This document shows positions 63,598 to 64,000 of a DNA stretch of 64,000 nucleotides, one piece after another. The notes beneath the pieces are model-generated. The model saw only the letters and a program-made list of their open reading frames with translations. It had not been told where the DNA came from and ran no database searches. How positions within the stretch are numbered: position 1 is the stretch's first letter; each line of letters starts with the position of its first letter. The translations under genes were made by a program, and so were the position numbers. Source of the DNA: Chlamydiales bacterium (GTDB lineage: Bacteria; Chlamydiota; Chlamydiia; Chlamydiales; JAAZZY01); NCBI GenBank assembly GCA_965206695.1, contig CBDBKM010000002.1:1-64000 (forward strand). Reading direction: 5' to 3'.

Positions 63598-63851
63598 TCA
63601 TCATCAAAAAGGTTATCTATAAATTCCGAATCTACCAAATCAAAGCCACATTCTTCTTTTATTTCCTTTGCTTTATTCTCTATCCACTCTTTTTTCCCTT
63701 TGAATTGTTCAAAAAGTTCATCTAATGAACGAGTAAGATTGCGTGCATATTCGCTGCGATTTAATCGTTTATCTATATACTTTTCATCAAAAAAGGTAAA
63801 ATATCCCATCAGCCCTACTACTATTAATGATAGAAGAAATAGTACCCGCAC
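63594..63851 (-). CDS. Small membrane-anchored hypothetical protein
   Basis: GAGGAG RBS; N-terminal hydrophobic segment. Confidence 0.6.
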   Translation of the reverse strand: MRVLFLLSLIVVGLMGYFTFFDEKYIDKRLNRSEYARNLTRSLDELFEQFKGKKEWIENKAKEIKEECGFDLVDSEFIDNLFDDD

Positions 63852-64000
63852 AAGAAACTCCTCTTACAAATTATGCCCTCAATCTCGATCTAACAAAAAA
63901 TATATTTCATTGTCAACTTATTACTAAAAACCTATTTATTTAAATAATAAAGCGTGGTATTATTCTGTTTTCAAATAAATATTAATTAACACTATGCCTA

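Overview
AT-rich bacterial chromosome segment that looks chlamydial (phylum Chlamydiota, probably an IS-rich environmental or symbiont lineage). Conserved chlamydial gene order is recognisable: npt1-ddbA-ytgABCD ... dxr-rseP; pheT-LysM-yidD; rpsD-trhO ... murJ; cydAB-dacA-ybbR-htrB. It is broken up by dense IS debris (IS630 x3 types, IS1634, IS5 groups, IS30, IS200/IS605, IS701- and IS982-like ends), including a roughly 13 kb nested IS island between ytgD and dxr. Main observations: (1) a strong window-wide excess of CCGG with depletion of CCAG/CTGG that appears to have turned conserved Trp/Gln codons into Arg, suggesting a CCGG methylase plus very-short-patch-repair mutational drive; (2) a eukaryote-like ATAD3-type AAA+ ATPase; (3) a family of IS605 derivatives with a shared TTAT target, from a decayed full element down to tnpB-less omegaRNA-like minis and a 47-bp fused end; (4) pseudogenes absent from the ORF track (ispF, rtcB tail, dehalogenase tail); (5) several small MITEs. 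All calls come from reading the sequence and recalled family motifs; no database searches were run.
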